Shown: positions 37,243 to 47,318, counted from the first letter of the stretch. The stretch: DNA of 64,000 nucleotides from Gemmatimonadota bacterium (GCA_009837395.1 VXTP01000030.1:19211-83210), one strand, 5' to 3'. The notes: generated from the sequence alone by a model not told the origin. A program made the numbers and translations.

Positions 37243-38763
37243 TCACTGTTGGCCGGACGGCGGCACGTACTGGTTCATGGCGCCGCGGCGATGATCGAAT
37301 TCCGGATCGTGGCTCCACGTCCGTCCGTGACGCGCCATGGTGTCCCGGATCAGACGCCGCCGGTACAGGCTGGACAGGTTGGCCGACGCGATGGCATCCG
37401 GATCGAAGCGATCGAGGATCCGGTCGCGAAGCCGTGACTCCACCTGGCGGTGCGTATCATCGCCCGAGAGATCATGCCATTCGCCCGGATCGTCGTCCAG
37501 GTCAAAAAGACGGGGCGCGTACCCGTGGATGTAATGGTACTTGTACCGTCCCTGCCGCGCCATGATGCAGGGCATGCCCACGGCCTCGTGGGCCTGGGCG
37601 AAGACCACGCGGTCCGCTTCGTCCGCGGAGGAGGACGAGACCAGGCTTTCGCCGTCGTGGGGAAGCCGGTCCTCGACGCCCGCGAGATCGCAGAAGGTCG
37701 GCAGCAGATCGATGAGGGACACGGGATGGGGACAGGTCGTCCCCGCCCGCCAGCCGTCCGGAAAGCGAACGATGAGGGGCACCCGGCAGGACCACTCGTA
37801 GAAACACCGCTTCTGCACCATGCCGCGTTCGCACAACATGTCACCGTGATCGCTGGCGAATACCACCACCGTGTTTTCCGCGAGGCCGGTCTCGTCCAGG
37901 GTATCCAGCAGGCCGCCGACCTTGTCGTCCATGTAGCTCACCAGCGCGTAATAGGCGCGGCGTAGCCGGTAGAGGCCCTCTTCGTCCCGCAGGTCGTAAC
38001 GGCCGGTACCGTGATAGGCGTTCAGGTTCCGGTCCATCATGGAATGGCGTTCATGCAGGTCGGACGGGAACCCGGGCAGTTCGATTTCCGATCCTTCGTA
38101 CCGGTCCCAGTAGGATTCGGGCGGCCAGAACGGTTCGTGGGGATGGTGATAGGACGCGCACAGCAGGAACGGTTCTTCTGCCCCGCCCGGCTTCCTCGAC
38201 CGCAGGTATTCGACCGCGCGGAAATGGGTTTCCTCGTCGTAGCTGAGGGCGTTGTGCCAGACGCCGATCCGGACGCCGTTGCCCGTGTATCCCGCCGCGT
38301 TGTAGGACGGACGGTCGGCCATCACCTGCTCGCAGTCCTCGCCACCGGTCTCCTTCAGGTGGATCCACTCCGGCTTGACCCAGTCGAAATCCGAGGAATA
38401 GATGTCGGTCGTCAGCCGCATCCGGAATCCGTGCAGCTGGTCCGGACCGATGAAGTGCATCTTTCCGGACAGCACGGTATCATAACCGGCACGGGCCAGG
38501 TAGTGGGCAAAGGTCGGCTGGTCGGCGGCCAGCAATGCGCCGTTGTCCCACGCGCCGATTTCCGATGCATGCCTTCCCGTCATCAGGCAGGCCCGGCCGG
38601 GCGCGCAGAGGGGAAAAGGGGTGTAGGCGGCGTCGTAACGCACGCCGGATTCCACCATGCGGTCCAGGTTGGGGGTCCGTACGACGGGATGACCATAGGC
38701 CCCGGTCAAAGCGGCGACCATCTGGTCGGACAGGATTAGGAGGATGTTGGGCTGGTCGGCCAT
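37243..38763 (-). CDS. sulfatase (choline-sulfatase-like, C-A-P-G-R variant of formylglycine motif), no signal peptide
   Basis: It reads MADQPNILLILSDQ..PLCAPGRACLMTGR. I used the internal ATG at 38763. It is 506 aa. Confidence 0.85.
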   Translation of the reverse strand: MADQPNILLILSDQMVAALTGAYGHPVVRTPNLDRMVESGVRYDAAYTPFPLCAPGRACLMTGRHASEIGAWDNGALLAADQPTFAHYLARAGYDTVLSGKMHFIGPDQLHGFRMRLTTDIYSSDFDWVKPEWIHLKETGGEDCEQVMADRPSYNAAGYTGNGVRIGVWHNALSYDEETHFRAVEYLRSRKPGGAEEPFLLCASYHHPHEPFWPPESYWDRYEGSEIELPGFPSDLHERHSMMDRNLNAYHGTGRYDLRDEEGLYRLRRAYYALVSYMDDKVGGLLDTLDETGLAENTVVVFASDHGDMLCERGMVQKRCFYEWSCRVPLIVRFPDGWRAGTTCPHPVSLIDLLPTFCDLAGVEDRLPHDGESLVSSSSADEADRVVFAQAHEAVGMPCIMARQGRYKYHYIHGYAPRLFDLDDDPGEWHDLSGDDTHRQVESRLRDRILDRFDPDAIASANLSSLYRRRLIRDTMARHGRTWSHDPEFDHRRGAMNQYVPPSGQQ

Positions 38764-38837
38764 GATACTCCAGGCTGCCTGAGGCAATGGTTTTCCGGCG
38801 GGCCCATTTACGGGCGCTTACCGCTGCCGGCGGGCGC

Positions 38838-39689
38838 TTACCGCTGCCGGCGGCCCCCGCGCCGTGCGGGCGGGGCGGCCTCGAACTGGACGTCCCGGGT
38901 CATCGCGGCGAGCGGAATTGCAGACATCAATACGGCGCAAGCGCCGATCGGACCGCCGACCATCAGGAACAGACCGAAATCACGCAGGGGACCGTCCGTG
39001 ACGACGGCCAGCGGTGCGGCGATCAGCAGCACGGCCAGGCCGGCCAGTACCAGAAAGGGCATGGCCTGCACCATGCCGGTACGCACGGAATGGCCGACCG
39101 GTTCCCGCCGCGCGGATTCAATCCGGTTTCTGACCAGGCTGTAACCCAGGAAGGACATGACCACCGCCAGGGTCCCCACGGCCGTAAGCGTCAGTATGCC
39201 CGGCACCGTAATCCGATCTGCCAGGCCAAGGGTTATCCCCGCCGTGACGAACATGGTGTAGAGCGCGCAGCCCATGGCCGTTACGGCGAATCGGGCGCCT
39301 ATGCGTAGCGACAGGTAGAGGGTGATGATGATGATGCCGAGCATGACTCCGTTCCATTCCGCCAGCCAGCCGATCGAAAGGGCAAAGGGGAGCAGCATCC
39401 GCACGATACTTCCGGCCGCCAGTACGCCGAGGGTCAGCGCGATGCACTTGCCCGGCCGGTCGTCGATCCGGGCGCCGACGATGACCAGTACGATCAGCAT
39501 GGTCACGAAAAGACCGAAGAGCATATCGCCGGAAAGCAACAGCGCCACCAGGCCGTCGTCGACGGCATGTTCCGTCCTCATCGCCGTTGCGGCAATCCCC
39601 GCCGCGGCCAGAATGGCGGCGAAGGCATATACGACGCCTGGTCGGTCAATCAGTTTTCCATATAGTGCGGCGAGTCCGTTTCCCATCAT
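38838..39689 (-). CDS. SecF-like export membrane protein (divergent SecDF paralog, small periplasmic loop)
   Basis: It has 6 TM segments. GYSLVRNRIESARRE resembles the SecF GYSxNDTxVxFDRxRE motif. Its start overlaps the SecD-like stop (ATGA). Confidence 0.5.
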   Translation of the reverse strand: MMGNGLAALYGKLIDRPGVVYAFAAILAAAGIAATAMRTEHAVDDGLVALLLSGDMLFGLFVTMLIVLVIVGARIDDRPGKCIALTLGVLAAGSIVRMLLPFALSIGWLAEWNGVMLGIIIITLYLSLRIGARFAVTAMGCALYTMFVTAGITLGLADRITVPGILTLTAVGTLAVVMSFLGYSLVRNRIESARREPVGHSVRTGMVQAMPFLVLAGLAVLLIAAPLAVVTDGPLRDFGLFLMVGGPIGACAVLMSAIPLAAMTRDVQFEAAPPARRGGRRQR

Positions 39690-41512
39690 ACACTCAACTT
39701 CCTGATCTGCCAGTCCGCCACCAGGGAGGACAGCAACATGTTCGTCCAGCACATACAGGTGAGCAGGCTGCCGGCCGCGCCGGAAAACAGCACGAGACCG
39801 AAATTGACGATGGCGTCAGTGCCGACTACGACCAGGCTCACCGATACGAGCAGCAGCATGACATGGGTCCAGACCAGGACCGGCCTGATCTTCACGAGCG
39901 AGGCCATGACGTCCTGGCGGACCGAAGATTCCGTTCCGGATTCTGCCCGGAGGTATTCGAAGATCCAGAGATGCACCGAGGCGAAGATGAGGACCGCTCC
40001 GGCCAAACCCACCGCGCCGGCGAGCGTGAAATATGGCGCGATCCCGGCGATGTTCCACAGCCTCAGCACCGCTCCGGTCATGATCAGAAAGTGCAGCATC
40101 CCCGTGACGAAAAGCAGGCCGGCGGCCCGGTACCGGATAACGAACAATGCGCAAAGCAAACCGAGACCGATCGCGCCGGCGACGGCCGCGCTGTCCGCGG
40201 CCCCTTCACTGAGCGGCGAGGGCGCATCCGCCGCCCGATCCAGGAGCGCCACGTCCAGGGGCGGCGATTCAGATTCCAGGATGACCGCCAGGGCGCGGGC
40301 CTCTTCCAGCGAGTCTCCACCGGGTACTTCTATACGTCCGTCGGGTATTCTGCCCTGGATATTCAACGTCACGTACACCTGGCCATTCATCTTGATGGCT
40401 ACGCGGTTGCCGGTGTTGGCGCTGGACAGGTTGGCCAGACTCTCCCTGCCCTCGTCCTGCAGGAACAGGCGTACCGCGTAAACGCCCCGGTTCGCCGTTA
40501 CCGAAGCGTCGCTGACCACGGCCGACGCCACCGGCTGCACGTTGAGGTCGACATCCTGGTTGATGAAGTAGAGCGGATGGAACAGCCTTCCTCCGCGTTC
40601 CACCGGTACGGAAGCCCATGCGAAGGCGCCGGCGGGCGGATTGGCCAGGTTGAAGGCCCGAATGCCGGCCTGTACCGTTGAATCGGCCAGTATGGCCTTT
40701 ACGGCATCCAGGTTGTCTTCCCGGACCGCGACGTCCCCAATCCCTTCTTCCACCGTAATGCTTGAAAGCAACGCGCTGAATTCACCCGGTCCGGCCGATG
40801 CCGGTCCCCCGGTTCCGGCCGAGGCCGGTTCCTCCGGAAGCTCCGATTCCTGGCCGACAGCACCGGCGGTCGCGGCGGACGAGACCGTGACGGCCCCGGC
40901 CTCGGCGGCCAAGGCCCGCTCGCGAAGGGCATCGTCAATGCGTTGCCGCAACGCCTGCACTTCCGCGCCGTCCTTGAACAAATGCAGTGTGATCTCGCCC
41001 GATTCCCGGATGATTCTGCTTACGAGACCGGTGTCCGCGCTCAGGGGAACGACGATTTCGAACGTGTCATTCTCACGCGCGGTAATGACGGGTTCGGAAA
41101 TTCCGAAGGCGTTTAGGCGCCTCCGCCAGTTCTCGACCAGGCCTTCCACCGCCCGGGCCCTGCCCCGTTCCGTGAACCTGGACAGGTCCATGCTTGCAGA
41201 GAGACGGTAACCGCCGGCCAGGTCGAAGCCCGGAACCGTGGATTGGCTGTAAAGCGCTTTCCTTTCTTCAGGCGCAAGCGCTTCGATGGACTCGGGAGAC
41301 GAAAACCACAGCCTGATGGTCGGGGAGGCGAGGACCGCACCCAGCAGGGTGACGGCGAGAAACACCAGGAATGAAATTCGCTTGTGAATGGTACTGTTCC
41401 TTTCGGTACCGCTTCTGAGTGCGGCGCGGTTGGTCGCGCTACCAGTCTGCCTGGGACCTCGGCGCGTGGCGGATGATGCCGACCAGGTCGCGGACGGCTT
41501 GCTCGTACCCAA
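39686..41512 (-). CDS. SecD-like export membrane protein (divergent)
   Basis: An N-terminal TM segment is followed by a periplasmic domain of about 420 aa and then 6 TM segments. The motif TLAGAVGLAGAVLIFASVHLWIFEYLRAE matches the SecD TLPGIAGxxLTIGMAVDANVxIFERIRE pattern. The only in-frame start is the TTG at 41512, which overlaps the pdxJ 3-prime end by 74 nt. Confidence 0.5.
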   Translation of the reverse strand: MGTSKPSATWSASSATRRGPRQTGSATNRAALRSGTERNSTIHKRISFLVFLAVTLLGAVLASPTIRLWFSSPESIEALAPEERKALYSQSTVPGFDLAGGYRLSASMDLSRFTERGRARAVEGLVENWRRRLNAFGISEPVITARENDTFEIVVPLSADTGLVSRIIRESGEITLHLFKDGAEVQALRQRIDDALRERALAAEAGAVTVSSAATAGAVGQESELPEEPASAGTGGPASAGPGEFSALLSSITVEEGIGDVAVREDNLDAVKAILADSTVQAGIRAFNLANPPAGAFAWASVPVERGGRLFHPLYFINQDVDLNVQPVASAVVSDASVTANRGVYAVRLFLQDEGRESLANLSSANTGNRVAIKMNGQVYVTLNIQGRIPDGRIEVPGGDSLEEARALAVILESESPPLDVALLDRAADAPSPLSEGAADSAAVAGAIGLGLLCALFVIRYRAAGLLFVTGMLHFLIMTGAVLRLWNIAGIAPYFTLAGAVGLAGAVLIFASVHLWIFEYLRAESGTESSVRQDVMASLVKIRPVLVWTHVMLLLVSVSLVVVGTDAIVNFGLVLFSGAAGSLLTCMCWTNMLLSSLVADWQIRKLSV

Positions 41513-42197
41513 TGGTCATCGCCCGCACGGCCACGGCGTAACCCACCACCATCTCTTCCACCTCGGCGATACCCGCCAGATCCGCCGCCGTCCGGTAATC
41601 TACGCCCCGTCCCAGGGAAACGCCCATGTTCAACCGTGACGCGGTCCTGGCCGTGCCGGCGATCTCCTGGAACATCCGGCCCTTCTCTTCGGGGTCGGCG
41701 GCCTGTACGAACCGGCTTGCGTCAAGGTGGACGTAGTCTGCCTTGAATTCGGCACATTGCCGGACGTGCGAAGCGGTGGGCGTAATCAATATGCTCGTCA
41801 GGATCCCTTTTTCCTGCAGGGCCTTCAGCATGCGTTCCACCGGCCGTTCCAGGGAATCGCCTTCGGGCCATGACGAATCGGACCAGTCGTTGTTCAGGCC
41901 GGCGTGCCCGTAGCCCTCGGGAACAAGAGTAACCATATCGGGGGAAATCGTCAAGATACTACGCAGGACATCCAGGTTCGGCGGCGTGATCAGGTTAAGG
42001 TGGGTGTGCACGAGCTGCCGGATGATGTCATATTCCCCGCCCAGGTAGAGCGAATCTTCGGCAGCCCACGAAATCGTTACGGCGTCCGCTCCGCTAACCT
42101 GGGACATCATGACCGCGGTCATGGGATCGGGTTCCCCCCGTTTCGCGATATTCCGCAGGGCGGCGACCTGGTCTACGCATACACTCAGTTTTACCAT
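41439..42197 (-). CDS. pdxJ: pyridoxine 5-prime-phosphate synthase
   Basis: It reads MVKLSVCVDQVAALRNIAKRGEPDP..GADAVTI, a TIM barrel of 252 aa. A GGAG ribosome-binding site precedes the start. Confidence 0.85.
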   Translation of the reverse strand: MVKLSVCVDQVAALRNIAKRGEPDPMTAVMMSQVSGADAVTISWAAEDSLYLGGEYDIIRQLVHTHLNLITPPNLDVLRSILTISPDMVTLVPEGYGHAGLNNDWSDSSWPEGDSLERPVERMLKALQEKGILTSILITPTASHVRQCAEFKADYVHLDASRFVQAADPEEKGRMFQEIAGTARTASRLNMGVSLGRGVDYRTAADLAGIAEVEEMVVGYAVAVRAMTIGYEQAVRDLVGIIRHAPRSQADW

Positions 42198-42212
42198 GGG
42201 TGATCTCCGGTG

Positions 42213-43442
42213 TCAGTTGTCCACGAGGTCGGAAACCCGAACAAACTCGATCCCTCTGATTTCAAGATACCTCATCCGGTCCATCAACACCTGAACGGTG
42301 TGGGGTCTGGCATCGGCGATGACGACGGCGCGGGTATCGTCCAGGGCGGAAAGCGACGCGCGGTCCAGGTTCATGGATATGATTACGGGATTGTACACGG
42401 GATCGAGCACGCCCCAGGCCCGAAGCCGGCCGCTTCCCCAGCCCCGATCCTCGGGTCCACCTGGCCGGCCTGGTCCATTTGATCCGCCCGGTCCGCCCGA
42501 CCCGCCCGATCCACCGGGGTTGTCCAGGTAGTACAGGTTCCGCTTGCCCAGTTCGTCCAGCACGGGGGCCAGCACCTCGGCTTCGTTTTCCATGCGGCCG
42601 GCAGGATACCGAAGGACGCCTCGAGCTTCGGGCAGCGTAGAAAGGGCGTCTTCCACGACACGGCGGTTGGTCAGTTCCGAGTGCGTGGACGACACGGATC
42701 TCCTGCGGGGCAGACCGGCGGCGTCAGACGCCGGTTGAACGGGCAGCAGCGCCATCGCCTCGTGATCGCCGCGCGTGAGTTCGGCGGCCATCTCGTTTGC
42801 ACCGCCAGCCCAGGGAAACAGGGCGAAAGTGAGGGGCCGGGTGAATTCGGACATTTTCTCGACCACGCCCCGCTGCTCGCCGTCCGTATACGCGATTACG
42901 ACGGCAAGACGACCCGTTTTGCGGTGAACAGCCGGATCGCGGATTATATTGAGGCGATGGGTTACGTCGCCATCGAAGGTGATTTCGAGCAGCAACTCCC
43001 CGGTCCTGGTCCGTTCCTCCGCGCGGGAGACCTTTCCGCCTGCCCGGACGACCGCCCTGGCGATCTCGAGATTGCATTCGGTAAGCGAATAGGCACTTGA
43101 AACGATGATCCTTCTTTCCAGGGACCTCCAACGACCCGTGGCCGTCGCGGCGGGCGGCGCCGTGTCCCGTATTCGGTCCGGTGTGACCTGCAGATTCATG
43201 AACGCACCGTACAGGGCCGCTTCCATCGCGTGAAACGCCTGCTGGTCCGTTTTCCAGGCGGACGTCCGTTCGAGTTCGGGCACGGCAACCGGGATGGGCC
43301 GGTCCAGTAGCCAGTCCACGACCTTCCTGGCCTGGTATTCATAAAGCAAGACCCATACGGCGAGGGCCAGCAGCACGACCGCGGCCGTTCCGAGACCGGC
43401 GTACCGGATGTACGACCGGCGCTGGCTCTGTCTGTTCGCCAT
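42213..43442 (-). CDS. divergent polysaccharide deacetylase family protein (YibQ-like), N-terminal membrane anchor, Gly-rich linker
   Basis: The region ALFPWAGGANEMAAELTRGDHEAMALLPVQP matches PF04748. An N-terminal TM segment runs AGLGTAAVVLLALAVWVLL. I used the internal ATG at 43442. Confidence 0.7.
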   Translation of the reverse strand: MANRQSQRRSYIRYAGLGTAAVVLLALAVWVLLYEYQARKVVDWLLDRPIPVAVPELERTSAWKTDQQAFHAMEAALYGAFMNLQVTPDRIRDTAPPAATATGRWRSLERRIIVSSAYSLTECNLEIARAVVRAGGKVSRAEERTRTGELLLEITFDGDVTHRLNIIRDPAVHRKTGRLAVVIAYTDGEQRGVVEKMSEFTRPLTFALFPWAGGANEMAAELTRGDHEAMALLPVQPASDAAGLPRRRSVSSTHSELTNRRVVEDALSTLPEARGVLRYPAGRMENEAEVLAPVLDELGKRNLYYLDNPGGSGGSGGPGGSNGPGRPGGPEDRGWGSGRLRAWGVLDPVYNPVIISMNLDRASLSALDDTRAVVIADARPHTVQVLMDRMRYLEIRGIEFVRVSDLVDN

Positions 43443-43489
43443 CCGCGTTCTGGCCGTATGTGAAAATCGGAAGCGCATATTGCGGTCCG

Positions 43490-44353
43490 TCAGCAATCGT
43501 CCTGGTGGTGGTCCCGGTACGCCCGAAGCGCGTCGGCAAGCACCGCGAACTCGTCCAGGTCCAGGGTTTCACCGCGTCGTTTCAGGTCGATGCCGGTTTG
43601 ATCCGAGAGATAGCCGGCGGAACCGGGAACCAGGCGATTCATCGCGTGGTGCAACATCTTGCGCCGATGTTGAAAGGCCGCCTTGATTACGTCGTTCAAC
43701 AGGCCGGCGTCCCTGACCTCAACGGGCGGCCGTTCATGGGGCGTCAACCGGAGGACGACCGAATCCACGGCCGGACGGGGAACGAACCGGTCGCTGCCCA
43801 CCCGGAACAGCGATTCCACGGCGTAATGGTACGCCATGATGGCGGTGATCGCGCCGTAGGCTTTCGTACCCGGCCGTGCCGTCAGGCGTCCGCCCACTTC
43901 GTGCTGAACCATGATGACCGCGCACCTGATCTTTCCACGATGGGCGATCAACCGGTCGAGCACGGGACCCGTAATCCCGTAGGGCAAGTTGGCCACGAGT
44001 ACGAACCCCGGCTCGCTATACTTCCCCATCAGGTCGGACAGGTCCAGATCGAGCACGTCCCGGTTCACGATGGTCAGGCGGTCGATTCGGCCGTAGGCTT
44101 CCTGGAGGACTCCCGCCAGCCTCGAATCGATTTCCACGGCGGTCACGACGCCGGCCAGGGTGACGAGGTGGCGGGTCAACGCGCCGGCCCCCGGACCTAT
44201 TTCAAGTACGGCCGTATCCTTCGTTACGCCCGCCGATTCGATGATGCGGCGGGCGATGGACGTATCGTTCAGGAAGTGCTGACCCTTCGACCTGGACGGG
44301 CGAAAATCCGATCGGCGCAGGCTGGCCAGCAGGTCTTCGGGAGGATCTAGCAC
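43490..44353 (-). CDS. rsmA: 16S rRNA (adenine1518/1519-N6)-dimethyltransferase
   Basis: It reads SKGQHFLND..VLEIGPGAGALT..NLPY. The start was trimmed to the GTG at 44353 (or the TTG at 44362), because the long track N-extension would overlap tatD. Confidence 0.85.
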   Translation of the reverse strand: MLDPPEDLLASLRRSDFRPSRSKGQHFLNDTSIARRIIESAGVTKDTAVLEIGPGAGALTRHLVTLAGVVTAVEIDSRLAGVLQEAYGRIDRLTIVNRDVLDLDLSDLMGKYSEPGFVLVANLPYGITGPVLDRLIAHRGKIRCAVIMVQHEVGGRLTARPGTKAYGAITAIMAYHYAVESLFRVGSDRFVPRPAVDSVVLRLTPHERPPVEVRDAGLLNDVIKAAFQHRRKMLHHAMNRLVPGSAGYLSDQTGIDLKRRGETLDLDEFAVLADALRAYRDHHQDDC

Positions 44354-44358
44354 CGTAC

Positions 44359-45123
44359 TCAATGGATTCGAAACACCTTGTTCGCGTTCTGGGTTGTGGT
44401 CCGTGCCAGTTCGTCCACGGTAACGGCCCGGTGACGGGCGACCGCTTCGGCCGTGTTTACGAGGTATGATGGTTCGTTCCGGCGCCCGCGGTGGGGTACG
44501 GGCGCGAGATAGGGTGCGTCCGTTTCGACAAGGATGCATTCCGCCGGCAACCCGGAGACCACCTCGCCCACCGTCGAGTTCTTGAACGTCGCGATGCCGC
44601 CGAACCCCAGGAAACAGCCCAGGGAAACAGCCCTCTCGGCCATGGCGGCGTCCCCGGTAAAGCAGTGGAGGATCGCGGTCGTTTCCTCACCGTGAAATTC
44701 GTCCAGCATGGCCATGACCTCGGCGTGGGCCTCCCGGTCATGCACGATAACCGGCAGTCCCGTGCTTCCGCCCCACTCCATGTGCCTTCTGAACGACGTC
44801 TCCTGCAGCGGATAGGTGGACCGGTCGTAGTGCAGGTCGATGCCCGTTTCGCCCACGGCGATGACGGACGGATGTTCCAGAAGTTTCTCGATTTCCCGGT
44901 AGTCCTCTTCACAGGCTTCGTGGACGTGGCAGGGGTGGATGCCCGCGGCGGCATACACGGAATCCCGGTTTTCGGCGAGCGCCACGGCGGCCCTGCTGCT
45001 TTCCAGATCGAACCCTACGGCGACCATGCGTTCCACGCCCGCGTCCAGCGCACGCTGGATCACGTCGGCGCGGTCGTCGTCGAATGCTTCGTCCGTGAGA
45101 TGGGTATGCGTATCGAAAAGCAA
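44359..45123 (-). CDS. tatD: TatD family metal-dependent hydrolase
   Basis: It has MLFDTHTHLTDEAF and downstream HxH/E/H/D metal ligands. It has a TTG start and is 254 aa. Confidence 0.85.
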   Translation of the reverse strand: MLFDTHTHLTDEAFDDDRADVIQRALDAGVERMVAVGFDLESSRAAVALAENRDSVYAAAGIHPCHVHEACEEDYREIEKLLEHPSVIAVGETGIDLHYDRSTYPLQETSFRRHMEWGGSTGLPVIVHDREAHAEVMAMLDEFHGEETTAILHCFTGDAAMAERAVSLGCFLGFGGIATFKNSTVGEVVSGLPAECILVETDAPYLAPVPHRGRRNEPSYLVNTAEAVARHRAVTVDELARTTTQNANKVFRIH

Positions 45124-45187
45124 GTCAGCGATTGGGTGCAGGTTATTGAATGACGTACGTTCCGAGTGGCCTGGCCCGGATTGGACT

Positions 45188-45220
45188 GGCCGCGGCTGTC
45201 ATGCAGGCCTGGCCGCGGCC
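45188..45220. terminator. GC-rich hairpin (GGCCGCGG-N17-CCGCGGCC) downstream of metG, no U-tract
   Basis: The 8-bp perfect inverted repeat lies in the 125-nt gap between metG and tatD. Confidence 0.25.
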
Positions 45221-45248
45221 GACCGCGTGACCGCCGGCATGCCGGATT

Positions 45249-47318
45249 TCAGGTAACCGATGAACCGGATTGGACGCGGACGTCCGGACCGAGGAGGATG
45301 GGAGCGCCGTCGTCGTCTTCGGCCGCGAGCAGCATGCCCCTGGAATCCACACCGCGGATTGTTGCGGGCTCCAGGTTCGCCACCACCACGATCTGACGGC
45401 CGACCAGTTTCTCCGGCGTATACCCGGGGGCAATCCCGGACACGATCTGCCGCTCCTCCGCGCCGATGCGGAGCTGCAGCCTGAGCAACCGGTCCGTTCC
45501 GGGTACCGGTTCCGCCGCCACGATGTCCGCGATGCGCAAATCGATCTCACGGAATGCGTCGATCGATACGAGTTCGTTACGCTCCGGTCCGGCGGGTTTC
45601 GCTTCCTCGGATGCCGTTCCGTCGTCTTTCCGGTCATCGGACCGGCCCAGCCTTGCGATCTGCGCGTCGATCGTATTGTCCTCGATCTTGTGGAACAGGA
45701 TTTCGATTTCGCCGATGGGCCGGCCGGACAGCGAAGCGTCGATCTCGATCTCGTCCCACAGCTGCTCATCGACCCGCCCCTCCAGACCCGCCATCTTCCA
45801 CAGCCGCTCGGCGCTGAACGGCAGGATGGGCGACATGACCACGGCGAGGACCCTCACTGCCTGCACGCACACGTGGAGCGTGGCGGCGCAACGCGCCCGG
45901 TCGGTCTTGCGCGTGTTCCAGGGCGCCTGGTCGTTGAAGTACCGGTTGCACTGGTTTCCCAGGGCGATCAGCTCCCGTACGGCACCCCGCACCTGGAACG
46001 ATTCGAAACAAGCGCCCACACGTTCCGGCGCGCCGGCCACCGACGACAGCATCTCCCGGTCCTCCGGCGAAAAGGTCCCCGGTTCCGGGATCACGCCGTC
46101 GAAATACCGGTTGATGAAGGTCAGCGTCCGGTTCACGAAATTCCCGAATATGTCGGCCAGTTCGTTGTTGTTGCGCGCCTGGAAGTCCTTCCACGTAAAG
46201 TCGGAGTCCTTGGTCTCGGGGGAAATCGACGCCAGGCAGTATCGCATCGGATCGGGCGGGAAGTCCACCAGGTACTCGTCCAGCCAGACCGCCCAGTTCC
46301 GGCTCGTGGACAGCTTCTGGCCTTCGATGTTGAGAAACTCGTTGGCCGGGATCTCCGAAGGCAGGACGAAATCCCCGTGCTCCATGATCATGGCCGGCCA
46401 GAGGATCGCGTGGAAGACGATGTTGTCCTTGCCGAGGAAATTGACGAGCTTGCAGTCCGGGTTCAGCCAGTAGTCCTTCCACCGGTCGGGGTCGCCCTGC
46501 GCCACCGCCCATTCCCGGGTGGACGACACGTAGCCCAGCGTGTTCTCGAACCAGACGTACATGACCTTGCCCACCGCTTCCTCGATCGGCAGCTCCACGC
46601 CCCAATCCAGGTCCCGGGAGATGGGCCGGTCGGACAGCCCCTCGTTGAACCAGCCCTGGCAGTAATTGCGCACGTTGACCTTCCAGTGCGTTTTCGTATC
46701 GATCCAGGCCTGCAGCCGGGCGGACATGCGGGCGAGCTTGAAATACCAGTGGTTGGCCGGTCTTACCTCGAGGGATCCTTTGCAGACATCGCTGCGGGGA
46801 TTGATCAGCTGCGTGGCGTCCAGGATGGTGCCGCAGGCCTCGCACTGATCCCCCCGGGCCCGGTCAGAGCCGCAGTGGGGGCAGGTGCCCTCCACGTAGC
46901 GGTCGGGCAGAAAACGGTTGTTTGCCGGACAGTAGATCTGGTCGACCTCGCGCACGTCGAAACAGCCCTTCTCATCCAGGCGGCGGAAATAGTCCCGGGC
47001 CGTTTCGTGATGGATCGGGCGGGAGGTCTGGGAAAAGTTGTCGTAGACGATGCCGAAGTCTTCGAGCGCGCCCTGGATGACGGGATAGTACTTGTCCACC
47101 AGTTCCTTGGGCGTGATCCCCTGCTTCTCGGCCGCCAGGGTGATCGCCACGCCGTGGTCGTCCGATCCGCTGACGTGCACGACGTCCCGGCCCTTCAGCC
47201 GCTGGTAGCGCACGTAGATGTTGCCGGGCAGATGGACGCCGGCGATATGGCCGATGTGCAGCTTGCCGTTCGCATAGGGCAACGCGTCTGTAACGAGTAT
47301 TTTTTCTGCCACGACCAC
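45249..47318 (-). CDS. metG: methionine--tRNA ligase with C-terminal tRNA-binding (EMAP/Trbp111) domain
   Basis: It has class I HIGH (YANGKLHIGH) and KMSKS-region motifs, CxxC zinc knuckles and a C-terminal tRNA-binding domain. It is 689 aa with a GTG start. Confidence 0.95.
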   Translation of the reverse strand: MVVAEKILVTDALPYANGKLHIGHIAGVHLPGNIYVRYQRLKGRDVVHVSGSDDHGVAITLAAEKQGITPKELVDKYYPVIQGALEDFGIVYDNFSQTSRPIHHETARDYFRRLDEKGCFDVREVDQIYCPANNRFLPDRYVEGTCPHCGSDRARGDQCEACGTILDATQLINPRSDVCKGSLEVRPANHWYFKLARMSARLQAWIDTKTHWKVNVRNYCQGWFNEGLSDRPISRDLDWGVELPIEEAVGKVMYVWFENTLGYVSSTREWAVAQGDPDRWKDYWLNPDCKLVNFLGKDNIVFHAILWPAMIMEHGDFVLPSEIPANEFLNIEGQKLSTSRNWAVWLDEYLVDFPPDPMRYCLASISPETKDSDFTWKDFQARNNNELADIFGNFVNRTLTFINRYFDGVIPEPGTFSPEDREMLSSVAGAPERVGACFESFQVRGAVRELIALGNQCNRYFNDQAPWNTRKTDRARCAATLHVCVQAVRVLAVVMSPILPFSAERLWKMAGLEGRVDEQLWDEIEIDASLSGRPIGEIEILFHKIEDNTIDAQIARLGRSDDRKDDGTASEEAKPAGPERNELVSIDAFREIDLRIADIVAAEPVPGTDRLLRLQLRIGAEERQIVSGIAPGYTPEKLVGRQIVVVANLEPATIRGVDSRGMLLAAEDDDGAPILLGPDVRVQSGSSVT

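Noticed and set aside
39686-41512. Considered calling the SecD/F-like pair an MMPL/HpnN-type RND transporter
   Set aside because: The single N-terminal TM, a periplasmic domain of about 420 aa, and a 6-TM C-terminus with a SecD-like TM4 motif, plus a separate 6-TM partner, fit SecD/SecF better than a 12-TM single-chain MMPL. It is kept as SecDF-like with moderate confidence.
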